Below are positions 1-10,492 of a stretch of 64,000 nt of DNA, piece by piece. The stretch spans positions 124,001 through 188,000 of IMG/VR virus record IMGVR_UViG_3300034682_000176; one strand, 5' to 3'. Position 1 is the stretch's first letter. Every line of letters starts with the position of its first letter. Both the position numbers and the translations under genes were made by a program. The notes below the pieces were generated by a model that was given only the letters and a program-made list of their open reading frames with translations, did no database searches and was not told the DNA's origin.

Positions 1-1214
1 ACAGCAAGCTTCCCATGATCCTGGCTGACGAAGGCATGGAGAAGATGGATGCCGAGTACCTGATGAACTACGGCGTGCGCAAGGTTGACCGATTGCTGAC
101 AGTGATGGACCGTATCGGTTTCAAGGGTGTAGGCAAGCTCAACGACAACGACGGCCTGCCAATGCTGACGGAAAAGGTTCGTGCCTTTGCCACGATGCAC
201 GGTGGTGACACCCATCACCCTCTGGCCAAACTCAAAGCTGATGCCATGGAGCTGCAGCAGTTTGCGCTGAGTGTGGTGACTTCCAGCTTCGAGCACCTGG
301 TCAACGATCCGCGTGAACTGCCTGAAGAGGTCTACCAAGCCATCCACGATGCGTTCAACCACGCCCAGATGGGTGAAGGTTTTGCCATCCGAAGCCTGGA
401 GCCCCACAACTCTGGTCGTGACGGCTTGCCCAAGAACGCCAACATTTTCCTGGCACATTCGGCCACAGGCGCTGCCTTGGTGAGCGGTCACATCGGCACC
501 AACACCTACGTGCGTAACCTGATTGCACCTCCAGCTTCTTTCAAGTCGCTGCAAGGCATGCATGACTTCTACAAGAGCCGCATTGCCAAGACCAAGGTGC
601 AAGTGGCAGACCGTACATTGGACAAGACCAACGACTTGATCATGAAGTTGCTGGGTGTGTTGTCCAAGGACTTCAGCAAGATGGTCGACAACGTCTCCGC
701 AGCTGCCAAGAATAGCGCCAGTCGTGATCTGGCCGAGTTGATGGTCGCTGCCAGCAACCGCGGTATGACAGCAACTTCCATCATGAACACCGTCATGAAC
801 AAGTTCCAAGATGTGGACCTCAGCTCGATGGTGACTGACCCGGACTACGGTGATGTGTTCCAGCGCTTCATGCAAATGCCCATCCAAGACAACGACTACT
901 ACCGTCGTCAGGTGCGCCAAGCCTTTGAAGAAAAGCTGCGCACTCTGATGAACAACTACGGCGCGTCGTTGGACCAGTTCAACATCTGGCTCGAAGAAGA
1001 GCTCTCTGGCGGCGCTCCCAGCCAGTCTCCCCAAGAGTTGCAAGAAGCCAAAGAAGTCATCAAAGACCTCAGCCGCATTCTGACCAACTTGCTGACCAAC
1101 CTGCAATCCATCCTGCGCTTTGTGATGACTTCGGTCTACGGGGTCTATACCGAGCTGCGTTACGAATTCGTTCGTTACCTGTACCTGAGTGCCCAACGCT
1201 ACCGCGTCACTTAA
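1..1214 (+). CDS. probable virion/head protein, 5'-truncated by the window
   Basis: Frame is open from the window start through ATG 15 to TAA 1214; phage-typical GC3-biased codons; helical protein followed by a terminator hairpin. Confidence 0.55.
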   Translation, partial: SKLPMILADEGMEKMDAEYLMNYGVRKVDRLLTVMDRIGFKGVGKLNDNDGLPMLTEKVRAFATMHGGDTHHPLAKLKADAMELQQFALSVVTSSFEHLVNDPRELPEEVYQAIHDAFNHAQMGEGFAIRSLEPHNSGRDGLPKNANIFLAHSATGAALVSGHIGTNTYVRNLIAPPASFKSLQGMHDFYKSRIAKTKVQVADRTLDKTNDLIMKLLGVLSKDFSKMVDNVSAAAKNSASRDLAELMVAASNRGMTATSIMNTVMNKFQDVDLSSMVTDPDYGDVFQRFMQMPIQDNDYYRRQVRQAFEEKLRTLMNNYGASLDQFNIWLEEELSGGAPSQSPQELQEAKEVIKDLSRILTNLLTNLQSILRFVMTSVYGVYTELRYEFVRYLYLSAQRYRVT

Positions 1215-1224
1215 AGCCTTGACC

Positions 1225-1262
1225 TACCTCTGAAGCTCACAAGGCTTCAGAGGTATGGTTTG
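1225..1262 (+). terminator. intrinsic terminator-like hairpin
   Basis: tacctctgaagc / gcttcagaggta 12-bp inverted repeat after the stop. Confidence 0.65.
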
Positions 1263-1290
1263 ATTCCCTTTTGGCTAAAGGACAACCAAC

Positions 1291-3024
1291 ATGCCTGTCG
1301 CATTCATCCCGCTGGAAGAGACCAACCGAACCATCTTGTCGGCTTCATATTACAAGATCATTCAGCAGGTCCTTCACCAAACCAACGTTCCCTACGGGAC
1401 TTTGATTGCCATGCACAAAGGCATGGAGATCAACCCCACCGATAATCAATCGAATATGACCAGCCAGCAGCTGTCCAACTTGCCCTCTACGGTGGCACAG
1501 CGCCGGGTCAAGGTGGACATTGCGGAAGAGTACAACGAAGATGCATTGGGTACCACAGCGGTGAGCTACAAAGATGCGCCACCGATCTTTGTGGACCCGC
1601 AAATCGACCTGTTGATTTACCCGGTGTTTGTTAGCACCGACGTCACACTGCAGATCAGCTACACCACGCCCAGCAAGACCGAAGCCAACAAGCTGCGTGA
1701 TGAGCTGCGTATCAAGTTGTCCCAGATGCGCAACATCCTTCACCACGAGGTGGAGTACGACATCTTGCTACCGCTGGAGGCACAAGAGATCATCGCAGAT
1801 TGCCACCAGTTGAAAAACCGGCTGTATCCGATGGAGCTGAGCGAGTACTTTCACACCTTCGCCACTCGTCAGACGTACATGCTCACCGACACCGCCAACC
1901 CTGACAACGCACAGATTGCGATCCGTGAGCGCCAGGTCCGTATCGTGGGTCGTTTTGACTTCAACCCCATGCCTGAAGCGGTGGAAGAAGACCGTGACAA
2001 CAACACCTACCGCTTGACAATTCCCTACAAGTTCACCATGGAAGTGGCACGCGGCATGTGTGTCAGCTACAACCCCACGGTGTGTAACAAACTGATGCCA
2101 TCCAGGTACCTCAAGTGGGTACAGGAAAACAAGATCAAGACCCGTGAAGAGTACTCCCGCAATCTGAGCTACACCCAAAGCGGCAGTGCGCTCAGTCACT
2201 TTGAAGCCCATCGCCAGTTGGACTATCGCATCCAAAACAAACTTCCACTGAACTTGCCATTGTTCGATGAGTTTCCCTTGCGACAAGGTCATCGCGGCTA
2301 CGTGATCACCACGACGTTCATGACTGCCGTCAACGAAGACGACCGCCGCACGCTCTTTAACCTGAAAGAGATTCCCGACTTCTACATGAATGAGCAGTTG
2401 CTGGAATTCATCCGTGCCGGTGAAGCTCCTTACGTGGTGCGTCCTTACCAGTCCTTGTTTTACTTTGGACTGCACTACCCCGACCGCTACTTTGACTTTG
2501 ACTGCCTGGAGATCTCCAGTGACTATGTGGTCAAGTCCAACGTCAAACTACCACTGGACAAACCCACCCGGGTGTCTTTCAGTGTGTTGGGCGATCCAGC
2601 TTTTGTCACCAAGGAAATGGTCGATCGTTGGTACAAGAACAAAGCCATGGTGCTGCTGTACCTGCGCGAGTTCATTGAAGTGCTCAACAACTACAAGCAC
2701 GAGTTGCGTGATGTGTTGGCAGACGATATGTCGTTCCAACTGTTGGTCTTGCGGTTCTTGCAAAAGGGCATCATCGACAAAGATGCTGAATTCTTGGACA
2801 AAGCCTTGAAGATCTGCAGCTTGGACAACCTGGTGTATGAACGCTTGATCAACTTGCTCAAGATCAAACACACTAGCACGTTCAACCAGCTTACCCAGTT
2901 GGTCGATATTGGCAACACCAATCTCCACAAGACCATCCCTCCGATTGGAGATGATGCTGGCGAGATCATGGCCATGCACACGGTGATGACAGCCTACACC
3001 GAAGCTCACCGCAAACCACAATGA
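1291..3024 (+). CDS. phiKZ-like conserved virion structural protein (577 aa)
   Basis: SD aagga; preceded by late-type motif tatggtttga; size and style match conserved jumbo-phage virion proteins (recognised by eye). Confidence 0.6.
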   Translation: MPVAFIPLEETNRTILSASYYKIIQQVLHQTNVPYGTLIAMHKGMEINPTDNQSNMTSQQLSNLPSTVAQRRVKVDIAEEYNEDALGTTAVSYKDAPPIFVDPQIDLLIYPVFVSTDVTLQISYTTPSKTEANKLRDELRIKLSQMRNILHHEVEYDILLPLEAQEIIADCHQLKNRLYPMELSEYFHTFATRQTYMLTDTANPDNAQIAIRERQVRIVGRFDFNPMPEAVEEDRDNNTYRLTIPYKFTMEVARGMCVSYNPTVCNKLMPSRYLKWVQENKIKTREEYSRNLSYTQSGSALSHFEAHRQLDYRIQNKLPLNLPLFDEFPLRQGHRGYVITTTFMTAVNEDDRRTLFNLKEIPDFYMNEQLLEFIRAGEAPYVVRPYQSLFYFGLHYPDRYFDFDCLEISSDYVVKSNVKLPLDKPTRVSFSVLGDPAFVTKEMVDRWYKNKAMVLLYLREFIEVLNNYKHELRDVLADDMSFQLLVLRFLQKGIIDKDAEFLDKALKICSLDNLVYERLINLLKIKHTSTFNQLTQLVDIGNTNLHKTIPPIGDDAGEIMAMHTVMTAYTEAHRKPQ

Positions 3025-3027
3025 ACC

Positions 3028-3064
3028 AGACCATCACCGATTGAAAAATCGGTGGTGGTCTTTT
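3028..3064 (+). terminator. intrinsic terminator
   Basis: agaccatcaccgatt-gaaa-aatcggtggtggtct followed by T-run. Confidence 0.8.
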
Positions 3065-3105
3065 CACGCTTTCAGTAATTTCAGTGACTTTGATGAAAAG
3101 TTAAC

Positions 3106-3123
3106 TACACATATACAAAGTGT
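3106..3123 (+). promoter_or_regulatory. putative early promoter motif YACAYATATA-N4-RYGW
   Basis: tacacatata-caaa-gtgt; motif recurs upstream of at least 9 genes. Confidence 0.65.
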
Positions 3124-3156
3124 AATCCCCTCTGTTTACCTAAGGAGTTTAAGACC

Positions 3157-3522
3157 ATGCGCTATATCGAAGCCCTGCACTACAATTGCACCGAAGAAGG
3201 TTTTTACCTGATGATGAATCCGGTTTACGACCGTGCTGAATCTGTTCGTGCATTTGGTCCTTTCAGCACGCTGCAAGAAGCTGCCAACTACCACAACAGC
3301 CAGCTGATCCGTGACGAGGATGGCAAACCAACTCGCAAGAGTGTCGACGGTGACCCTTACATCCGTTCGTTCATCCAAGGGCCTTTGGTCAACATGAACC
3401 CGCTGGAAGATCTTGAACTGATCGGTATTGTGGGTTCGTTCAACCACGGTATCGTTCAAGCGCGCCCGGTGCGTGCCCTTCACTGGTTCCCCGGTAACCA
3501 AGTTGTCCCACCACAGCTTTGA
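3157..3522 (+). CDS. hypothetical protein (121 aa)
   Basis: SD aaggag; first gene after the promoter motif. Confidence 0.8.
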   Translation: MRYIEALHYNCTEEGFYLMMNPVYDRAESVRAFGPFSTLQEAANYHNSQLIRDEDGKPTRKSVDGDPYIRSFIQGPLVNMNPLEDLELIGIVGSFNHGIVQARPVRALHWFPGNQVVPPQL

Positions 3523-3531
3523 GGTGTTCTT

Positions 3532-4041
3532 ATGATTGCACAAAACCCCATCTTCTACGTTGACATTGTCACAGGACAGTACTACGTGTTGTCCACCAGT
3601 TTGTCCATGTTTGGACTCAAGTACTTGCACATCCCAACCAAGATCATGGAAAAGGTTCATGCTGGCTTGATCCGCCGCCGCAAGAACCTGTACGCCAACT
3701 TGCAGCAGATGGACAAGAACTTCTACGTGTGGGTGGAAACCAATCCCGGCGGTGGATTTCGCCGCATTACCCCAACCAACCCCACTTACAGCTTGGATGC
3801 TGTGCGTGAAATCCGCAAGCGCTTCTTGGATGAAATTGAGCGCAACATGGTGGATGCCGTGCAGCTGGAGTACCATTTGAACCCGACCGATCTTGAAGTC
3901 AGTGTGTTTTTGGGGTATCCCGATCTGAACGGGCTTTTCAAACAAACTCTGTTGAAACCGTTCACGGGTTCGTCAACGAACTTTAAAACCCTGGACCGCG
4001 GACAGTTCTTTATTGTCGGCGAAGAAGAGGTAGCAAAATGA
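3532..4041 (+). CDS. hypothetical protein (169 aa)
   Basis: SD gaggt; operonic. Confidence 0.8.
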   Translation: MIAQNPIFYVDIVTGQYYVLSTSLSMFGLKYLHIPTKIMEKVHAGLIRRRKNLYANLQQMDKNFYVWVETNPGGGFRRITPTNPTYSLDAVREIRKRFLDEIERNMVDAVQLEYHLNPTDLEVSVFLGYPDLNGLFKQTLLKPFTGSSTNFKTLDRGQFFIVGEEEVAK

Positions 4042-4514
4042 CAATCATCTATTCTCAATTGGCGAAAACACCAGGCGGTAACTACTTGGTGATGCCGAGG
4101 TACGGAGCACCCAACAACAGCCAGTACTCGGTTTTCCGATTCGCTCTGAACGACGAGCAATCCAAAGCCGTCGAAGCCACGTTGGAAGACTTGCGCAAAA
4201 CGTGTTGGGATGTGGCGATCCGTCTCGGTGCTTCTGAAAAGGTGAGTTATCAAGGTAACCCCAAATATGCCTACGCCAACCTGATGTGCGACTCTTTGGC
4301 ACTGATCCATTTGTCGGTGCAAATGTTGGTCACAGATGACCTGCATCACCACCGGGTCCATTTGGTGATTCCCACCTTGGATGGTTCCAAGACTTGGGAT
4401 CTGGGTAACATGGAATCCGTGATGACTGCGGTTGACGACCCAGTCAGTCTGGAATCCCCAGATGCAGACCACTACCCAGAAGCTCCCGAAGATCCTCTGC
4501 CATGGGAGTACTAA
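4038..4514 (+). CDS. hypothetical protein (158 aa)
   Basis: ATGA overlap with the upstream stop; SD gagg. Confidence 0.8.
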   Translation: MTIIYSQLAKTPGGNYLVMPRYGAPNNSQYSVFRFALNDEQSKAVEATLEDLRKTCWDVAIRLGASEKVSYQGNPKYAYANLMCDSLALIHLSVQMLVTDDLHHHRVHLVIPTLDGSKTWDLGNMESVMTAVDDPVSLESPDADHYPEAPEDPLPWEY

Positions 4515-4517
4515 GAC

Positions 4518-4958
4518 GTGATCTTGTTTCCCATCGAAGTGATTCATATCAAAGAACCGGACCTGCTGATCTTTGCTGACCACCAGTACCGCGACTGTGC
4601 AACAGCCTATCGGTTGCGTGAGAATCATAGCGACCGCCAGGTGTTGCAGATCCTGCGCAACTGCACAGCGACTCGTGAGCACTTTGTGGATGCCTTCCAC
4701 GACCTGCAAGCGTACATCCGGTACATTGGTTCGGACCCTTTGCTCAGCGAAGAGGCTCGTGCCAATAAAAGGGGTGGTTACTCAGCTGTCTCCATGATGG
4801 TTCATGATTGCGTGGACCAAAAGCTGTTGCTGCAAGGAGGTGTTGAAGTGGACCCAGTCACATTGACGCCGACATACTGGTTGCTGGCACGCGGTTTTGT
4901 TCAAGACGCTCGCTACGAGCTGGTGCCTTTACACAAAGCGTGGGAGGCAGGACAATGA
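4518..4958 (+). CDS. hypothetical protein (146 aa)
   Basis: GTG start with SD ggag; operonic. Confidence 0.75.
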   Translation: MILFPIEVIHIKEPDLLIFADHQYRDCATAYRLRENHSDRQVLQILRNCTATREHFVDAFHDLQAYIRYIGSDPLLSEEARANKRGGYSAVSMMVHDCVDQKLLLQGGVEVDPVTLTPTYWLLARGFVQDARYELVPLHKAWEAGQ

Positions 4959-5317
4959 CCCAGTTCAACGCCCAGTTGCTACAGACCGACAAAGGCGCCT
5001 TTGTGAACTTTGAAAGTCTGACGGTTAGTTTGTGGATCAAACTGCCCGAAGCGATCGTTCAGGAAATCAGCGACATGGTCACTCAGGAACAACAAGTTCT
5101 TGAGCGACTGCGTGTTGAAAAACCTGAATTGCACCGCATGGTCTACTTCAAGAAGTTGGGGGCTACACCGCTGAAGGTGGTGTTGCGTTCGACCGAAGAA
5201 GTGACCATGCTCAGCTTTGTGCTGGAGTGTCAAACAGCGTGTGCCAACAAGAGTTGGGAGTTGGAGCCTATCAGCGGGTTCCAACGCTACCACATCCGTG
5301 CGCATACCTATGCTTAA
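4955..5317 (+). CDS. hypothetical protein
   Basis: ATGA overlap at 4955; SD ggagg. Confidence 0.75.
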   Translation: MTQFNAQLLQTDKGAFVNFESLTVSLWIKLPEAIVQEISDMVTQEQQVLERLRVEKPELHRMVYFKKLGATPLKVVLRSTEEVTMLSFVLECQTACANKSWELEPISGFQRYHIRAHTYA

Positions 5318-5322
5318 TCGAG

Positions 5323-5368
5323 AGACCACCCCTACCTCCTGACGGAAGTAGGGGTGGTCTTTTCTTTT
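5323..5368 (+). terminator. intrinsic terminator
   Basis: agaccacccctacctcc-tgac-ggaagtaggggtggtct plus T-run. Confidence 0.8.
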
Positions 5369-5382
5369 GCTTTTATTTCAGT

Positions 5383-5400
5383 TACATATATACAAAGTGA
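5383..5400 (+). promoter_or_regulatory. putative early promoter motif
   Basis: tacatatata-caaa-gtga. Confidence 0.65.
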
Positions 5401-5468
5401 CATAAACCCCTTGTATTTATAGCCCACTGTTGTTTGTGGGTGGTACAAAGGTAGTTGTGGAGTTTGCT

Positions 5469-5675
5469 ATGTTGGCTTTTGAAATCATGGACCGTATTGA
5501 AACCGTCGTTGGCACAATGTCTTTTCGCATTGAAAAGAAGACAGGCCGCGAAGTGATCGAGGTTGGGGCAACCTTGACTGATGAACAATTGGACCAAGCG
5601 CTGGCATCTGTGGCTGGCAAGATTGGCTCGATTGAGCACAGCCCCTTTAAGACCAGCATTGAACTGCTGGCCTGA
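5469..5675 (+). CDS. small hypothetical protein
   Basis: SD ggag before ATG 5469. Confidence 0.6.
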   Translation: MLAFEIMDRIETVVGTMSFRIEKKTGREVIEVGATLTDEQLDQALASVAGKIGSIEHSPFKTSIELLA

Positions 5676-5717
5676 AACGTTTCCCCTATTCACCCTTTCC
5701 TTATCTCGGAGGTTATC

Positions 5718-5939
5718 ATGACAACTGCTAAAGAAGTGGCTCTGCAAGCCCTGCTCAAACTCGAAGACCTGGGTGTCTTTGTAAGCTTTTCCAACCTGTT
5801 TGCTACTGAACGTCTGGCTACGATCACCTTGACCAGCAACGAACGCCACGTGCTGCCTAAGCTGTGCGCTGAGCGCGGTTACTACTTTCACGACGAGATC
5901 AAAGATGGTCAAGTCATGGTTGCGTTTCGTGCGGTTTAA
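5718..5939 (+). CDS. small hypothetical protein (73 aa)
   Basis: strong SD ggaggt; followed by a terminator. Confidence 0.75.
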   Translation: MTTAKEVALQALLKLEDLGVFVSFSNLFATERLATITLTSNERHVLPKLCAERGYYFHDEIKDGQVMVAFRAV

Positions 5940-5944
5940 GCACA

Positions 5945-5987
5945 GAAAAACACCACCGCCTAAAAGCGTGTGGTGTTTTTCTTTTTT
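5945..5987 (+). terminator. intrinsic terminator
   Basis: gaaaaacaccac...gtggtgtttttc plus T-run. Confidence 0.7.
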
Positions 5988-6038
5988 GTTTAGAGAATGT
6001 TGGGGATTTTGTGATACCTTTATGGACTAAGGACTGCC

Positions 6039-7409
6039 ATGTCGATCTTCCAACTCCAACCAGATTCGCCCGCTGTTAGTAACATCGAGAGCGTACCTAC
6101 TGCGTTGCAAAAGCCCCGCGATTCGCTGTTCACGCCTTTGTTCCCTGAAGCCCAGGCGGACTCTTTGCTCAAGTACGTCGAAGGCTACCCTTGGACTTGC
6201 TACTTCTACGGTCAGTTGGTTGCCCAGTCCAACAGCCTGGAGCACTTTGACCCTGGCACACCCAACATGACTCAGCCGGTCTACGAGATCAAGAACATGA
6301 TCTTGCAGGTCACCTCTCCCTTAACCCCCAATTACGACCCGGCCAGCGGAAGCACCACTTCGACAGGTTCGGCGCTGGTACCATTGGGGGTTAAACCCAA
6401 CACAGGCGATTCATTCATTGCCCAGATCGACACCGGCGAAGATGCGATCTTTGTGATCAACAGCGTTGAGCGTACCACGTACCGCAAGAGTGCGATGTAC
6501 ATCATCAACTACAGCCTGTACACCTACGTCTCGGCACAGCCAGAGTTTGTGGAAGCTTTAAACAAACGCGTCCAGCAGACGTTCTACTTCAACAAGGACG
6601 CCAACTACTTCAACCGTGATCTACTGTTGTCGCCCAGCGTGCACCACGCCAATGAACGCCTGAAGGAATTCATGCGTGAATCGCAGCAGTACTACATGCA
6701 AACGTTCAGCGACAAGGTAGCTGGCACCATTGTGCTGCCCGGTGTCTCTCGCACGCTGTACGACCCGCTGCTGCTACAGTTCCTGGGTCGCTTTATCGAC
6801 CATGAAGTCAAGGCTTCACACCCATGGTTCCAGTACACCTGGGACAATCGTTATCTGCAACAAAAGTCGATCTTGGACTTGCTGATGACTCGCAACCCGT
6901 CCATGGTGAATGTCATCAACACCGACTACAGCTTTACCTCAACAGCCCAGCTCAAGGGTCCTGCTCGGTTTGGTAACATCTTCCACACCACGGTGGACTA
7001 CGTGCTGTACCCCAAGAATCCAACGACCATGTTGGACGTGGACACGCTGCATTTCCATGGCCCTGCGGAAACTTTCTCTCCCATCCACCAAAACTCCAAA
7101 GCGTACTTTGAGAGCGACCTGACAGTGCACTCCGGCAACACTGAAGTGGGTGTGGAAAAGAAACTGTTGCACTCGCTGTTCGAGCAAGACTGCTACATCG
7201 TCTCCCCAGCGTTCTACCCATTTTTCAAGTCCAACATTGAACCAGAAGCCGTCAGCTTTGTGGAAGTGTTGATTGCGCGCTTCATTCGCCGAGAGGCCAT
7301 TGCGCGGGAAGACTTGCTGAAGGTGGTGGAGAGTTTTTACAGCTGGAGCCCTATGCACCAGCTGTACCTTTTGCCTGTGATGTGGCTTATTATTCGTGCC
7401 ACTGTGTAA
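6039..7409 (+). CDS. phiKZ-like conserved virion structural protein (456 aa)
   Basis: SD aagga; late-type motif gattttgtga at 6005; LLKYVEGYPW and P-N-GD-F-A segments resemble conserved jumbo-phage virion proteins. Confidence 0.65.
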   Translation: MSIFQLQPDSPAVSNIESVPTALQKPRDSLFTPLFPEAQADSLLKYVEGYPWTCYFYGQLVAQSNSLEHFDPGTPNMTQPVYEIKNMILQVTSPLTPNYDPASGSTTSTGSALVPLGVKPNTGDSFIAQIDTGEDAIFVINSVERTTYRKSAMYIINYSLYTYVSAQPEFVEALNKRVQQTFYFNKDANYFNRDLLLSPSVHHANERLKEFMRESQQYYMQTFSDKVAGTIVLPGVSRTLYDPLLLQFLGRFIDHEVKASHPWFQYTWDNRYLQQKSILDLLMTRNPSMVNVINTDYSFTSTAQLKGPARFGNIFHTTVDYVLYPKNPTTMLDVDTLHFHGPAETFSPIHQNSKAYFESDLTVHSGNTEVGVEKKLLHSLFEQDCYIVSPAFYPFFKSNIEPEAVSFVEVLIARFIRREAIAREDLLKVVESFYSWSPMHQLYLLPVMWLIIRATV

Positions 7410-7450
7410 CCATTTGACAGACTCACTTTTAGAATTGAGAGATATTGACC

Positions 7451-7894
7451 ATGATCACTAATGCCCGTATCAAGCAGCTGCTGGAACTGAACCTGCGTGA
7501 TGAACGCATGACGGCATCGGCGCTGTTCATCCAGACCCTCATCGAGCGCAAGGTCCACGGCGGTGGCATTGAGCGCTACCGCATCAAAAACAAGACCACT
7601 GGTCAGTGGGTCACTTCGGTGGAACAATTCATCGCCGAGATCGATGAGACCCAGATCAAACTGGCGTATCCTTTCGAGGGTGAGAAACTGCAAGGTGACC
7701 GCGTCACTGGCTTCCTGGTGGACTTGTCCAACTTTGAAGTGCAGTGGCACTACGAAGCCAAATCGGACCGTCCATTCCTGACGTTCTTTGATGTGGGTAC
7801 ACAGCGCTACTTCCAGTTCTACCTGATCTACATGAGCGACGGGGATGAAATCATCCCACTGAAGATCAGCTACACCAAACTGGTGGGTGAGTAA
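7451..7894 (+). CDS. hypothetical protein
   Basis: ORF with phage codon usage. Confidence 0.75.
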   Translation: MITNARIKQLLELNLRDERMTASALFIQTLIERKVHGGGIERYRIKNKTTGQWVTSVEQFIAEIDETQIKLAYPFEGEKLQGDRVTGFLVDLSNFEVQWHYEAKSDRPFLTFFDVGTQRYFQFYLIYMSDGDEIIPLKISYTKLVGE

Positions 7895-7907
7895 CCAGGA
7901 GTGAATC

Positions 7908-8450
7908 ATGGCCTTTTACAGTGAACACGCACCACGAATTTGGGATGATCTGTACACGGTGATGATTCCCGACCACGTCACCCTCGACCCCACCCACTTG
8001 CGTGTCTTTGGTACCTACTCTTCAGGGAACAAAGACGTTGACAAAATGATGGCGAACAACCTCACGACGGTGAAGATTCCCATCATCAAAATGGTTGAGT
8101 ACTACGACAACGGTATTGTGGTGGAAATCCCCAAGCGTGAAAGCATGTTGGCGATCCACCGCAGCATCGAGATGTACCTGTCTGAATGGCGGCACCACAT
8201 GGACACTGCCGTCAACTTGGACGTTCACAAGCACAAGGAGTTGGTGCTGAGTCTGGAGTCCTTGTCCAAACTCATCTACGGCAAAGCCTATCCGAATGAG
8301 GTTGTGATCAACCCCATGAAGGCAGTCAATATGGGTCTGCTCAACCCCATTGCCCAGATGCAGATCGACAAGCAACCGATTAGCAAGCCGGACTACGAAG
8401 GCATCGGTCGCCTGATCCGTCAGAAGACAAAAGTGGTTCAACGTTGGTAA
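7908..8450 (+). CDS. conserved jumbo-phage hypothetical protein (180 aa)
   Basis: SD aggag. Confidence 0.8.
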   Translation: MAFYSEHAPRIWDDLYTVMIPDHVTLDPTHLRVFGTYSSGNKDVDKMMANNLTTVKIPIIKMVEYYDNGIVVEIPKRESMLAIHRSIEMYLSEWRHHMDTAVNLDVHKHKELVLSLESLSKLIYGKAYPNEVVINPMKAVNMGLLNPIAQMQIDKQPISKPDYEGIGRLIRQKTKVVQRW

Positions 8451-8452
8451 AC

Positions 8453-8490
8453 CTACATGGAAAAAGGGGGAAACTCCTTTTTCCATGTAG
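8453..8490. terminator. hairpin terminator
   Basis: ctacatggaaaaagg / cctttttccatgtag inverted repeat. Confidence 0.6.
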
Positions 8491-8533
8491 ATCACCTTTC
8501 TTTGAGTAATTGTTTATTTCAAGAAAGCTGGCT

Positions 8534-9994
8534 ATGTCCGATACCGTTGACGTCATTGAACTGGCAACAAAAAAGTTCACCCCTGCTGAGATTGGTTGTG
8601 CAGTCTCCAACACCTTTCGTTTCACTTGCGAGGTACACTGCGCCAACAAGAACCTGACATTTGCAGACCAAGTGTTTCTGGTCGAACAAGCGGTCTTTCG
8701 TGACTACGAAGACAACTTTGCCGATGTGATCCAAGTCAGCCTGTCGATCCCCATGGGCACATTCATGTACGATGTCTATGACAGCTTGGAAAACTTGGAG
8801 ATCACCATCAAGAAAGCCACCCAGTTCTATAAAGACTCTGGGGCAAAGAGCGAGACCACACCACACACAAAGACCACCCGCTACAAAGCGGTGTTCCTGA
8901 AAGACAAGAATAGTTCCCTACCCAACACCCGCACTGCCAGCCGTTCGGACATGAACCAACAACTGCCTGTGGTGGTGATCTTTCAGCTGATCGAAAAATC
9001 GGCAGAAGCCATTCGCATCAAGACCACTGGCGGAAGCTTTTCCGACAAACAGTCTGGCATCACCATGGAGCAGTTTTTGCGCACCACGATGAGCCAAGAG
9101 CTCAGCAAGATCTTGGTGGACAACCAACCAGCCATCGACACATTCGACATCGCCAAGTTTGACAACAACGAGCGTGTCAAGCAGGTGTTGATTCCTTCGC
9201 ACAAACGCTTGGTGGAGTTGCCTGACTATCTGCAAGAAAAGCTGGGTGGGGTGTACAACGACGGCTTGTCCTGCTATGTGCAGACTGTCATGAAAAAGCC
9301 TGGGGAATACCAAAATACCTTGTCCATCTTTAATTTGTACAACCCTGACTCGCCGGGTACTGCAGACAGTTTGATTTACTGTGTCAACAACAGCGCCAAG
9401 ACCACCCAGTATGTGGGCGGTATCCACGACAAGAGCGGTCAAGGCGTTCACCTGTTGGCTCACCGTCTGGGTGGGATCGAAGATGACATGAACACCGCAG
9501 CGCTGAACCAGGGTACGGGTTTCCGTGCCACCGACGCCAGCAAGATCATGGAAGCCCCCATCGTCTACCGCCCTGGCGGAGGTGTGTTTGACCGCAGCAA
9601 GACCAACACTGAAGTCGTGGGGCAAGACCGCGAAGATGGTGGTAACTTTGCTGTCAACCGCGGAATTACCCACAACAACCTGGCGCTGACCACCGACGTC
9701 TTTAAACGTTCAGCCAAGTACGTCACAGTCCAAATCAGCAATCTGGATCACCACTTGCTGGCCGCTGGTAAGAAGTACGAGATCCATTACCTGTCGACAG
9801 AAACCCTGGCGGACGGTACTGTCAAGAAGAAAATGCTGCGCCGGTATGCGTATGTGCTCCAACTACTCACCACGTACTCCACCAACAATGCGGACTTGGT
9901 GATGAACAGCAACAACACCTATGTGGAACTCACCAGCCACACCACCTTGAAGATGGTGGTTGGTAAGATCCTCAATCTTGAAAGCGAGACCTGA
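8534..9994 (+). CDS. probable virion structural protein
   Basis: long ORF in the head-gene cluster; ATG at 8534. Confidence 0.6.
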   Translation: MSDTVDVIELATKKFTPAEIGCAVSNTFRFTCEVHCANKNLTFADQVFLVEQAVFRDYEDNFADVIQVSLSIPMGTFMYDVYDSLENLEITIKKATQFYKDSGAKSETTPHTKTTRYKAVFLKDKNSSLPNTRTASRSDMNQQLPVVVIFQLIEKSAEAIRIKTTGGSFSDKQSGITMEQFLRTTMSQELSKILVDNQPAIDTFDIAKFDNNERVKQVLIPSHKRLVELPDYLQEKLGGVYNDGLSCYVQTVMKKPGEYQNTLSIFNLYNPDSPGTADSLIYCVNNSAKTTQYVGGIHDKSGQGVHLLAHRLGGIEDDMNTAALNQGTGFRATDASKIMEAPIVYRPGGGVFDRSKTNTEVVGQDREDGGNFAVNRGITHNNLALTTDVFKRSAKYVTVQISNLDHHLLAAGKKYEIHYLSTETLADGTVKKKMLRRYAYVLQLLTTYSTNNADLVMNSNNTYVELTSHTTLKMVVGKILNLESET

Positions 9995-9995
9995 T

Positions 9996-10460
9996 ATGTT
10001 TGCCATCTTGTTTAACCGTTTGCTGCGTCGCAATGCTCCCAAACCTGAACCCGTCAAGGAAGTTCAATACACCGGTGGGTACGAATTTATGTCGGTGGAT
10101 TTGGCAAGCATTCGCAAAAAGCTGGCCAAGAAACTGTGGGACTATACCTACAAGAAAGTGCCGCTACCGCACACCGACTTGCAAGCTTGTGCGCGGTTCT
10201 TGTTCGATGTCAAGGACATGCCGTCGACCCTTTGGCGATTGCGTTACAGTCCAGACAGCTTGCTGTACTTCAAACTGTCTCACTTGCAGCCAGTGTTCCA
10301 CAAGAAAACCCCCACCCAGTTGTACCTGGTCTTTATTGATGACTCCATGGGCAGTGCCATGCATCTGCAAATTGAGATCCGCGAGTTGTGGGACATGATG
10401 GAGCCCGTAGCGCCTTTGGACCTGGATTCGATCACCAACCCCAAGAAGACCCAGGTCTAG
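9996..10460 (+). CDS. hypothetical protein
   Basis: ATG immediately after the upstream TGA. Confidence 0.7.
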   Translation: MFAILFNRLLRRNAPKPEPVKEVQYTGGYEFMSVDLASIRKKLAKKLWDYTYKKVPLPHTDLQACARFLFDVKDMPSTLWRLRYSPDSLLYFKLSHLQPVFHKKTPTQLYLVFIDDSMGSAMHLQIEIRELWDMMEPVAPLDLDSITNPKKTQV

Positions 10461-10492
10461 GTATCGTGTGATTTTTAATTGGGAGCCTTTGC